A stretch of 64,000 nt of DNA from Asterias rubens (Eukaryota), in NCBI RefSeq assembly GCF_902459465.1, contig NC_047070.1, positions 20,088,001-20,152,000 of the forward strand, written 5' to 3'. This document shows positions 1 to 10,482 of this stretch, in pieces (positions within the stretch are counted from its first letter, which is position 1; each line of letters starts with the position of its first letter). The notes under the pieces are model-generated. The model was given only the letters and a program-made list of their open reading frames with translations, was not told the origin of the DNA and made no database searches. Made by a program: the position numbers and the translations under genes.

Positions 1-837
1 ATTTCCGCTGCTTTATAAAAGTTACATAAAACATATAAGTTTAGAACTACACAGTCAACTCCCGTAACAAGAGCACTGAGACTGAACAGGAGCAACGTTA
101 TAAGAGATAAACAAAACAAAGAAACGCAAAGCAAAAATAAGATTCGGGACTTCAAAATGTACTTTTTATAAGCGGAACGTCTTTATAACAGGAATGTTGT
201 TTTAAGAGGACAGCAAAACAAAGAAACGCAAAGTAGAAAATGAGATTCATGACTAAGCTTTAAATAACCCTTTTCTCCTCAGAATTCGTGGAAATTCTTG
301 TTTGTTCAGAGTGTTTGTTTTCTTCTTTGACATGGAGCTCTTATTTTTGTTGATTCATTGTGGGACCAAATCGTGTGACCCTGTTTGTTTTTTCCAGAAA
401 TAGATCAACAAAATACGACCAAACTAAAGCTAGAAGAGCAGAATAATTGTCTGACGTACGCACGGCTACTTTTTGGCTACAAAACCAAACCTAAACGATT
501 AAATTACCTTTGAGATGGGCTTTTCTATGGTCTAAAACTTGTGAAAATCCAACAATTTTTAGGGGGATTTGACCGTTCTTGTTTCTATGTCTTTTTGACA
601 GCTCCGTGAACAAAAAACCCGTTTGAGCAACCCTGAGTTTCCCGATTTTGCCGATCATTTCAAAAGCAACTTGGCGGGGAGGGGGGGGGGGGGGGGGGAT
701 CTCCTGCCACACCGTTAGTGCAAGGTATGACATGGCACTTCGGAATAAAACATAACGACTGCTTTTAAAGTGTCATTCATGGTTTAAGCATCCTAACGTC
801 TTCTTTATCTTTAGAATAAGGTGTACTTGGATTTTAC

Positions 838-2028
838 TCACCCATTTGTTTTGCAAATAGCAGGGGTCTTAAGCTGGTCAACAGCAGTCATTGACGCCAC
901 AGGGCGCCACCTTCCGACATGTCCGTGTCCATGAGCTTCCATGTTGAACTTCTGGAACAGGTCACCAACGCAAAGGAGCAGTTTCTGGTTGATTTCACGT
1001 GACACTGGATGCTTCCAATCCACACCTGAATCTCCAAGTAAACTACCAAGGCTCTCAATGTCTAGTAGGCTGGAATAGGCATCGGTGCTGCTGTTACTTG
1101 CTTGTTGGACAGCGGGAAGAGAGTGGGGTTCACCCCAGACGAGTGAAGAGGTGTGATCCATCTTTTGGGTGCCGGTTGAAAGTCCGTGTCCATCATCATG
1201 CTTCAAAGAAACGTGTGAATGGCCATTTCTTTCATCATTTTTGGGGTCGAGTACTGCACCAGGAAGGCCTATGTATGGTGTGTTAGGGTCTTTAGCCAAC
1301 ACTTCGTCTTCATGATCTCGAGAGAGCGCCCCCTGGAAGTGACCAACCCAATGGTAGGCTCTGGACTCGCGACGTTTCTTGTCGTGTCGCGTCGCTGCAC
1401 CGCTGTCTGTGCTGTGGATTGCATCATCACTTCCAGTATTTGGAAAACTCTTTGATCTTTTTTGTTTCATTGGCACACCATCATCAGCTGGAATTCCATT
1501 TCCCATCTCCGAAGCCTCACCATTGGACCTCCCCTGATTCTGAGTATGTTCCGCAAGGATCGGTTTTATGCCTTTTTGATGATGGCGTCTCTCATTCCGC
1601 TTCTCATCCGTGTCATGTATCCAGGCCAACCATTCCCTCCACCTGTCCTCACGGTGTCTCCCTTCAGCCAGTTCGAGGTACCACGTCTTGCCAGTAGACA
1701 GACGGAGCCGTAGAACATGTTCCCCTCGGTGTTCCTGGTGTCTCCTCGTCGACAGCTTGGTGCCCTGCAACGGGAAGAGATGAGCTAGATGAAGGTACTC
1801 TACATTAGATGCTGAATCTTTCGAAACTACAGGCGTCTTCAGGCATTCCTTATCTGAATCCACCCACTCCTCAGCTATTAGCACAACGGTTTCGGTCAAT
1901 CCTGCATGTACCATACACAAACATTCGCCGTGTTTTTTCTCCAGTACGAAACGCCCCTCCACCAGAACTACTTCATCGCGAAATTCACAATACTCTTGAC
2001 ACCATAACAGTTTCTGAAGAGTTGCCAT
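838..2028 (-). CDS. GARIN/FAM71-family (Golgi-associated RAB2 interactor-like, DUF3699-type) protein, 396 aa, single large coding exon
   Basis: Intact 396-codon ORF. The N-terminus MATLQKLLWCQEYCEFR..VEGRFVLEKKHGE..LHLAHLFPLQGTKLS..LRLRLSTGKTWYLEL aligns motif by motif with mammalian FAM71A as I recall it (MGKLQRQLYKGEYDIFK..FESDFIQITKRGE..LELTRLLPLRFVRIS..LRLKFATGRSCYLQL). A splice acceptor (ttttttag, AG at 2036-2035) lies 6 nt upstream of the ATG. The C-terminal half is low complexity. Confidence 0.8.
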   Translation of the reverse strand: MATLQKLLWCQEYCEFRDEVVLVEGRFVLEKKHGECLCMVHAGLTETVVLIAEEWVDSDKECLKTPVVSKDSASNVEYLHLAHLFPLQGTKLSTRRHQEHRGEHVLRLRLSTGKTWYLELAEGRHREDRWREWLAWIHDTDEKRNERRHHQKGIKPILAEHTQNQGRSNGEASEMGNGIPADDGVPMKQKRSKSFPNTGSDDAIHSTDSGAATRHDKKRRESRAYHWVGHFQGALSRDHEDEVLAKDPNTPYIGLPGAVLDPKNDERNGHSHVSLKHDDGHGLSTGTQKMDHTSSLVWGEPHSLPAVQQASNSSTDAYSSLLDIESLGSLLGDSGVDWKHPVSREINQKLLLCVGDLFQKFNMEAHGHGHVGRWRPVASMTAVDQLKTPAICKTNG

Positions 2029-2560
2029 TATAATCTAAAAAAAGGCATTTCCAGATTCGATTGTATTCATTGGAGTTTTGTGATTGAAAAGATACGTCCA
2101 TCCACCACAAACAATATCAAAATAATAACGAATCTTGAATAGAAACTGTATGTAACGATCGATGTAATGAGGTCAAGAAAAGTAAACACACGTTTCCAAC
2201 GTGCATTATATGACGAAGGTAAAGCGAACGCTCGCGTTCAACGCACGTAACAAAGCAACATGACCCTTGCATGACGTCACAATCTAAAAAAAAATACTCA
2301 GACCTATCTGAGGTTATAAAGACCTATCATTGGCTGAGAGTTGAGCTTGTGACGTGTACACGCGTGCTATTTTCCATTGTAGACCAAGCGAGGCCACACA
2401 ATGGAAACGCGCACATGTGCACATGCGTCATGCACAAAACTACAAGCCAAAATATTTTCCTTTGATCGCAGCGAGGCGCTGTTTGAGCTCTGCGGTGTAT
2501 GATCAGAGGTACAGTAGTGTCTCTGTGGGTCAATGATGAGCTTCATTCTTACTCTCTCAC

Positions 2561-2803
2561 CGATGAGGACGCGCGCCTTAGAAGAAAGTCAAGATTTTTA
2601 TATGAGGGTGTGAGGGGAGATTCTGCTGTCCCCCGGAGACCCTTTCGTCCCCATACCTGACACTTCTGACAACGCCCTCTTTTGAAACATTCTCCTTTAG
2701 CCGCCCACATTAAATTCCCATTGGGGAGGGGGGATGGGTAGCCTGTACATCTGGCAGCACATTTCGAGGCTTCATTTTGCCAGAGAGTGGTCTCACCTTT
2801 CAC
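2561..2803 (-). CDS. Candidate upstream exon of the GARIN-like gene (phase 0-0, 81 codons), coding or 5'UTR
   Basis: Stop-free frame bounded by tttag|GTG at 2803 and a TCG|gtgaga donor at 2560. It joins in frame to the acceptor at 2034 (..RRASSS|IIMATLQK). The acceptor has a weak pyrimidine tract and I recognise no homology. Confidence 0.3.
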
Positions 2804-3763
2804 CTAAATTCGTTTGCAGGCGACCGAAAGTGCAGCTGCCATACGTCACCTCGGACCAACCAAAACACAGCTTTCGTCATACTATTGGACCAATCTGCCT
2901 GATTAATAATATTGTTTCATTAATGAATGAGTCACGGCAACTGGGTTGGAAGAACTAGCTTGCTGCAATTCTTCCTAGCAGAACAAAGAAAACGTATTTT
3001 TTTCTCTCAATATTGAGCTCTACAAAAGTTAACCAAAACTGTTGGGTGTCGGTTTTTATGGCAACTCTTTGTCCCTTTTCAGACTTGTTGGGGTTGTGAA
3101 GTTAAGACATGGTATTTGACCTTTACAAAACCAATTGTCATCTGATCAAGTAAAATGGCCAACTTATGAACTGTAGGTTTAGGCTTCATTTACGGTAGTC
3201 TTACTCATCTTCTGGGGACAATTAGCTGTAGCCAGAGTAAAAACAAAGAAGTTTAAAAACAACTGCTAGTTGTTTAGTTATTTTACCGTCTAATTTCATG
3301 ATTTCCCTGATTTTGCTCTTATTTTTGCAGCATTCAGCTCTCTATTCCCACTTTTTATTACCCGTTTAATTTTGATTGAATACTTGCGTGTATTTTACAA
3401 TAATTGAATAAGATTGATTTGTTAATGTTTGTTTTGTATTACTACTTATTCTAGGCGCAATGGGAACCAGGTCCATATGTAGTTGCAATTAACTGGGCAA
3501 ACCGTGTGTAAAATGACCAACACCAACAAAATGAACAACAAAATCTTTTAAGTATATTGTGTATAGTAGTTTAATGACAAGTATTTTTCACTTTGTAATA
3601 ATTTATACAAAATCACATACGTTTGATACATCCATATTACTATACAATATCAAGTTAATAACATATTATTATACCAATCTATAAACCAACATTAACAAAT
3701 TGAGTTAAACACTTTCGGCAATGGGTTTACTCACAGAGGTTCAGATCAGGGTATAAATGTAAC

Positions 3764-3878
3764 CCCAATGGGATACACTTATCCCAAATGGCATTCACTG
3801 ATTGTTGGGTATCATCGATCTGATACCCTTATTGGGGAAAGACGGTACCCAATAGGGTATAAGTGTATCCCAAATGGG
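3764..3878. repeat. Imperfect inverted repeat, probably an old MITE, downstream of the ATP6V0E stop
   Basis: CCCAATGGGATACACTTATCCC pairs with GGGTATAAGTGTATCCCAAATGGG. Confidence 0.55.
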
Positions 3879-4802
3879 ACATGATGACATTCTAGGAAGA
3901 TTAGCAGGAACACTTTTCCCTGATTACAGTAAAGATATGCTAAATACACTCTATACATTTATGAGCCAATACAAGATTAACCAGTCAACAAAACAGTACA
4001 ATTAATGAGATAAATGAGATAGACATATCCTAACATTAAGAAAACCAACACATGCAATTGATAATGTTTAATACCGCATCATTAAAAACTTAATGAGATA
4101 CAAATCCTGTGTCATGTGACAGATTTCAAGTTTACTTACGCTTAGCGATGCTTGATAAGCAATATTTTTCAATGTTAAATTAGGCCCTTCTCCTTTGCAT
4201 TTGAATAACTTGTACTTCAATAATTATACAGAATTGGAAAGGAATAGTTTGAAAGATTACTAATAATGACCTATTTTCTCCTGCCCCACAATACGGATTA
4301 AGCCCAAATTCTGACAGGTTTGTTATTTCATGTTTATGGTTGATCACACAAACATGAAGACTGTATGCGACTATTTTGTAATCTCTACTAATCCTGTATA
4401 ATACATGTACCTTGACATGACACAAGTCTTGCATGAAGGAGACAGAGTAATAGAATGTAATATATAGATCCCTTGCATAATGTCAAACGCTACAGTGACA
4501 CTGGGCTCCTAGAACAGCTATCGTCCAATCATTTGCCTCCTTTGATTTGCCTCCTTTGACCCAAGTGAGGGCGCTTTAGACCCCAGTGAGGGGGCTTCTT
4601 GAGCATGTGACATAACATACAAGGGGTCTATTCAATCACTAACGTATCATGAAGAACTGCTTTCTGACTCCTGTGGGGGAACAAACCCCCATGCACCGGC
4701 ATAGTAATGGTCCTTTGCAAGTGAAGAGAAATAACCCGCATTTTGCAGACTGGGGGGGGGGAGGGGGGGTTGGGAAGAGATGACTGGCTGAAGTTAAGGT
4801 TT

Positions 4803-7557
4803 TTAATTCTCCGGATCTTCAGGAATTTCTGCATTCTGCATAAAGAAAACAAAAACTAATTAAAACAAAACCAGGATCATATTTTGGTTTCTTTGAAAAG
4901 TTTCAAAATGGATCAAGTAATAAAACATCTTGAAATGATGTCTAAGCTCTCTTTTGTTTTATATTGCATACCGGTCTATTGCATGGCAACATATTAATTC
5001 TAAACTCTGCGGTTGGGTGAAAAACAGATTTACATTTTGTGCACGGTCAGTGCCAAATTTTGAAGTAGAGCAAAGTTCCCTGTGTCTTCTAACACAAGAG
5101 GGCAGTCTACCCAACAGCTTTTCACCATGGTGTCGGCCATGGGGGGTGCACTGCATCTTTGGAATGGTTTGGGGTTTGGGTTGGCTCTGTGGTAGGCCTA
5201 TATTGCCTTGCCTTTCACATAAGTAGACCCCAGTTTGAAGCCCCCATCTTTTATTTTTGATACATGTTATACTGATATACCTGATATTTTCCCAATCTGT
5301 CTTCTCTACACAATTATTTTCAGGCCTACTCACTTCTGAGGTTATCTTGGTATCATTACCAGAACGATTGAACAATCAACAATAATATTGGCACCCATTT
5401 TACTTATGTGTGAAATCTTAGGTGGCAAAACAGAAGGTGTTGCAAACTGCTCACAAACCCAAATTACCTTCATATATTGTAGGGTATAAATGATGTATGT
5501 ATAGTCAACTCAATGGCCTGACATTTTAATGGCAGTAGAGGTTTTCTCAAAGGCCAAATGATAACACAGCACAAACTAAGGGTAATATAAATTGAAAGTC
5601 ATCAATTTGAATTTCCCATTCTTTTTATAGAGTAAATTTAAAAACCCTTATCAAACTGCGGCTAAAGCCCTGTTTTTATGAACTATTTTGCATATCACCA
5701 GAATGCAGACTGCTACAACGTACTATACACTGTCAGAACATCATACATGTACGTTTGTATCTTTTAAAAATATGAAATGAACCGTAACTTACATCCCATT
5801 CATAAAAAAGTGCTTTAATGACTTTGGAGCTCAGTTGTGGTCCAAAAAGGGGGTTGAGTTGCATCAGGAATGCACATAACCAACTGCAAAACAAACAAAT
5901 AAACACATCAATAAATATGGCAAGATTGATATGATATGGTAAAGGACACCTCTATGAGGAAAATCTCAATTTGTTTTGGAAGGCAAATGATGAGGGTGAC
6001 CATGGTTTAATTCAAGGCCAGCATTTGCACACTCTGTTATGACTGTGAACCAGCTCCTTATTCTTGTTATATTCACGTACGCTTGGTTCACACACTCCCT
6101 TTCAAGGTCCAAAGTACTGCAAATTCACAACCAATCTTGAAAAGCCTTTTTCTTAAGTTCTGGCTACCACCCTGATCGGATGAACAATAAAACAATCCAG
6201 TTTCCTATGAGCCATCTGTCTATATACAACTATGATGATACAACAGGAAGCGCAGGAAGCTGACCTCCACTGATTCATTCACTCGTTGTAGTGTTTCCTC
6301 TGATTCAAAACAAAACCAAATCCCAAACCAAATATTTTATTATATTACAATTCCACACATTACTATTCGCCAAATTGCCATTGGCCTTATCATACTAAAC
6401 CATCTTGTATCTTGGTCATTCTCCCAGGTTGCCTTTGCAACTAATTTAATAAAAAGAGAGAGGTCTGACTGTTATGTCCTTAAGCCTTAAGTTGGTAAGC
6501 CAATGTAAAAAATGTGTTGCTTAGCACCCTTCCATTTCAATTTACGCGGGTCAGGAGGTAAATTTTCCCCCATCCCCAAATTTGTAGTCAAGACAGTTAA
6601 ATGTCTGACTATCAATCAATCCCTTTTGCATTGTAGCACCTAAAACACCAGTCAACCGATTTTACGAAACGCTAGGATTAATCCTATCTCGAGTTAGGAC
6701 AAGTTACCTGTCCTAACTTAGGATGGGTTCAATGCGTCCTGACATCTAAATAAATATGGAACTTAATTCGGCCTAAGTCCCAAGATAAATCCCAAGTTAG
6801 GAAGAGTTTGGTGAAATTGACAGCTGGTTAGGGTAGGGTTAATGTTGGTCCATGTACTTACAATAAATAGCAGCATACTGCAGTTAGAGTTAACATGAGT
6901 TGAATAATTCTGCAAATAAAATGAAACATATATGGATAGAGATAATTAAAGATTAAAACAAAAAAATGCCAAGACATGAACATGTTGATGATCATTGTAT
7001 TGATATGAATGCTAAATATTTAGTTGTGCTCATCATAACCCTCCATCCTCCGGTAAACCAAAAGTTATGATTGCCACACCTTTCGGGGGAGCCTTATAGT
7101 TTCTAGAAGTACTGCTTCAGTATGAGGTTCGTTACGCTATTGACTCGTAAGCAGTGTGTATACCATTGAACTGTTTATCATCATGATCATGACAAGAAAA
7201 TAAGAAGTAGAACCAGCGTTGCATGCATCAGACTACCAGCATACGGCTTACAATGTCAGACTCAGAGAGACCAAACTATATAATCTAGTTTATTGCAACC
7301 CTAGTCCGATTACTTAAATTGAAACATTTAATGAACAAACAATAATTAATAAACAACAGAGCCTAATTCGGTGAAAATGTGTCATCCCATTGCAAAATGG
7401 ATTCGGGAATGGAGGATCGGAAAATCGAATGGATTGGATCGTTGTCAAAAACTTACCCTCTATCTGCTCGTTTCCTCGGTACAACAAATGGAAGAACAAT
7501 ACCAACAAATGCCCATACTCCCGTCACAATAGCCGCAGTAACCCAGGCGGCCACCAT
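4803..7557 (-). CDS. ATP6V0E: V-type proton ATPase subunit e, 90 aa, 4 coding exons: 7557-7457, 6909-6862, 5883-5793, 4835-4803
   Basis: Spliced product is MVAAWVTAAIVTGVWAFVGIVLPFVVPRKRADRG/IIQLMLTLTAVCCYLF/WLCAFLMQLNPLFGPQLSSKVIKALFYEWD/NAEIPEDPEN*. It has the diagnostic CCYLFWL..L.QLNPLFGPQL motif. All introns are GT-AG with gtaagt donors, phases are 2,2,0, and exon 2 is 48 nt as in vertebrates. The last exon is the least certain. Confidence 0.95.
6651..6824 (-). mobile_element. Short interspersed MITE-like family (further copies at about 17027-17175 and 30450-30585)
   Basis: Three copies share ACTTAGGATTAATCTTAGG..GCATTGAACCCATCCTAA..ATAGGATTAATCCTAGC, with imperfect termini AATTTCACCAAAC / GTTTCGTAAAATC. 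Confidence 0.7.
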
Positions 7558-7559
7558 CC

Positions 7560-8460
7560 TTACAATTTTAGATATTCACGACAAATAACAAGCCGAAATG
7601 TTAAGGAAAATATCCACCTTCAACAGCGTACGATCGCTGATGATTTCTGACTGAGCTAAAGCTAGCTCACACCTCGATCCTGACCTCCCTTATCGCGGAA
7701 ATGACGATATTCAATGGTGAAAAAAGTACATGGGATCGAGCAAAATTGGAAACACTCGAATATAGTGGGTACAAGGAAAGCAAGTCATGTGATTTTAGTC
7801 TGCCTCTCAAACAAAACAGCGATGACCGCACAGAATCGCTATGTACACGTCTGGGAAATGTACATAATTAAACTTGTATAATTTTTACTAATAAATTACA
7901 GGTTAGAAAATTACTTTCTCTCCAATGCACAGCATATTTGGAAGGAAACTTTCTTGAAACTGGGTTGGAATATTTTTTCCCATTTCATAAAAACACATTC
8001 TAATCTCAATCACCGTCATTCCAAATGTATCACTTACAAAAGACATATTGAAATAATGAAGAGACTTAATTTTAAGTTTATTAAAACTCAAAACAAGCCT
8101 AGTTTTCGAGAATCATTGTGAATTATTGCAAATACACCATAATTATTTTGTTTTATACCAACTTTGTTTTATTAAATATTAAAAGTGGTTAATATTTATT
8201 TAATATAAATCAAATGAAGAAAAGTTTATAAAGGCTACCAAATGGGTTGTATAACTATTCGAAGTGTTGAAAGAGGTGAATGACAAATATCCAAAATGGC
8301 TGGCGCGTAAACACAATACTAAAAACATCGAGAAAGCCAAAGGAATGTCACTTAAAAAACACCTTTACAATTATCAACCGGTGTTTTTACAATAGTGGTT
8401 TGGTCGTGTGTGTAGAAGAAGGACCTGTGTATATCTGATAGAGCTAAACCAAGATGCAGT
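7560..8460. promoter_or_regulatory. Probable bidirectional promoter region between ATP6V0E and SFI1
   Basis: Head-to-head gene arrangement, a CpG-containing patch with GCGGAAATGACG near 7696, and CCAAGATG near 8450. The TSS positions are inferred only. Confidence 0.4.
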
Positions 8461-8724
8461 CATCGACTTCACCTTGGAAGAGCAGTCTGCAGAAAGCGGA
8501 CGGTTTCTCCGCAAGGAATGACACCGGCTTGCGGGCGAGAGCCAAGCAGGCTGTGTTGCAGGAACTTCATGTTACGTTACAAATCAAGGCAGACAAGATG
8601 AAACTCGTTGCACAAAGAGACGTTACAAGTAGTAGAAGGGAAGTGCCAAGTGAAGGAGTGGTTGGGGGCGGCATGCCCGAGAGGAACTACGAAAAAATCA
8701 AAATGCAAGTGAAGACTGAAGTAG

Positions 8725-9594
8725 GGGTTGTTCTAAAACCCCCTCGACCACCACGACCCACGACCCCTCGACGTCCGCCCCATGTTCGAAGAATGTCCCA
8801 ATTCCAAATTCATAAAATGTCGCTTTACGGCCGAGTAAGCATTAAGTCCCCGATTTAGAATTCACAGTGTGTGATCCGGGACGCAACTTCCTTCCACGAC
8901 TAGACAAGTCTGAGACTGCAGTTATATTTATCTGCATCATTCACACAGAAGTGGGAGTATTTACTCTCCGCTTCCGCACGACGTGCACACCGATTGGGGA
9001 CCCCAAACACGTCCGTATGGCCATTTGGTCGATCGGGTCTACAACCTTGAGGCTAGTACGTAGTACCATGGAGGAAAAGTGCACAGGGCTCAATTTCATA
9101 GAGCTGCTTAAGCACAAAGTTTTGCTTAAGCAAAAAAATCCTCGCTTAGTAAAATCAGATTACCTTAAGCAGCTCTATGAAATTGGCCCCAGGACGGGAG
9201 CGATCGGCCGGAAATGGGTCGGCCTGATCATCACGTAATGAGTTGGCCGTAATCGTACTCGGACGGTACACGCAGGTTTCCAGTTGGATAATAATCTCGG
9301 ATCGGCAAAGAGATACACGTGGAAATACCGCGTTTTTTTATTTGTACATCACAATTGCCACAGGCCCGATATCAGCAGCCAATCACGCGAAGTTTGCTTC
9401 GTGCATACTATGTGTGTATGGTATGTCTCGTACGCTGTGTTGTTGTGATGTGCGAGGCATGGTAGTCGACCGTGCATACAAAATTGTGTGCGTGATTGGC
9501 TGAGGTTGTGAACTGTGGCAATTTCGGTGTCCAGAAAAAAAAGATCGCACAAAAGTCGATGGTCGAGGGGGTCGAGGGGGTTTTAGAACAACCC
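8725..9594. mobile_element. Non-autonomous DNA transposon (about 870 bp), Mutator- or hAT-like
   Basis: Perfect 25-bp TIR GGGTTGTTCTAAAACCCCCTCGACC / GGTCGAGGGGGTTTTAGAACAACCC. Flanking TGAAGTAG is duplicated (8717-8724, 9596-9603), or 9 bp with one mismatch. No transposase ORF. Confidence 0.85.
9087..9189. mobile_element. Harbinger/PIF-like MITE nested inside the 8725-9594 element
   Basis: TIR GG(C/G)(T/C)CAATTTCATAGAGCTGCTTAAG with a CAG target duplication. Confidence 0.8.
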
Positions 9595-9676
9595 GTGAAG
9601 TAGTCCTATTTTTCATTATAGGCCCTATTTAAGTTTATATAAGGTATATAACTTCATGATTTATAAGTATTTGGAA

Positions 9677-9797
9677 AAGTTTCCGTATGGCACCACCACT
9701 TTTTCATTCGATATGAAATAATATAGTATCTAATTTACCTCAATGAGATATCCCTTTTTGTAAAAATGCGTGAAATGGTGGCGCCATACGGAAAGTT
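9677..9797. mobile_element. Small MITE
   Basis: About 22-bp inverted termini AAGTTTCCGTATGGCACCACCA / TGGTGGCGCCATACGGAAAGTT. Confidence 0.7.
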
Positions 9798-9886
9798 ATC
9801 CCGTCGGTGCAGTGGCACTGACTGACGTCCTACCAGGGCTATCTTCCTCCATGCTCCATACTCCATGGGTCAACTAACTAACTTAA

Positions 9887-10045
9887 GCCCCACCACTGAA
9901 CCCGCCCCACCACTGCACCCGCCCCACCACTGCACCCGCCCCACCACTAAACCCGCCCCACCACTGGACCCGCCCCACCACTGAACTCGCCCCACCACTG
10001 GACCCGCCCCACCACTGGACCCGCCCCACCACTGGACCCGCCCCA
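9887..10045 (+). repeat. GC-rich minisatellite, 17-bp unit, about 9 copies
   Basis: Unit CCGCCCCACCACTG(G/C/A)AC repeated in tandem; each unit carries the GC box CCGCCC. Confidence 0.9.
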
Positions 10046-10482
10046 GTCAGTGTGGCCAAGTTGTAAACTCATGGCTTGGCCACACCAGCTGGACATGGTG
10101 AACAACGCAACGGGGTGAACGCCACGGTCATTATGGCCAAGTTTCATGTAAATTCATGGTTATTGTTTTGAGACTAGTTTGTAATGCTAACATGGGATGA
10201 GGGTCATTTAGCTTGTCTTTAAAAGAAAGTGTCTCTCTTTGTTGAATTCCAAGTGCTTTGAGTTTGAGCACCATTTTTAATGTAAAGTACACTGCAGCTG
10301 GTAGGGTCTCCACCTATAAATTATCAGTATTTTATATAGTAAACTGGTTTTAAAAGACAAACTTTTTATCAAAGCTTAATTAAAATTTGAAATGTTGATT
10401 GTTTCATATAAATCAAGTTCTTTCCAATCACAGTATTATTATTTGGCATATTATTTTCCTGAACAGGTTGAAGCCTTTAGGC

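Noticed and set aside
491-733. 80-aa ORF containing a polyproline run
   Set aside because: The prolines come from a G homopolymer (about 678-698) in the probable 3' UTR of the GARIN-like gene.
999-2033. Plus-strand ORFs overlapping the GARIN-like gene
   Set aside because: Antisense shadows of a real coding exon, with no recognisable protein features.
4959-5375. 138-aa minus-strand ORF
   Set aside because: Lies in ATP6V0E intron 3, with no homology or splice support.
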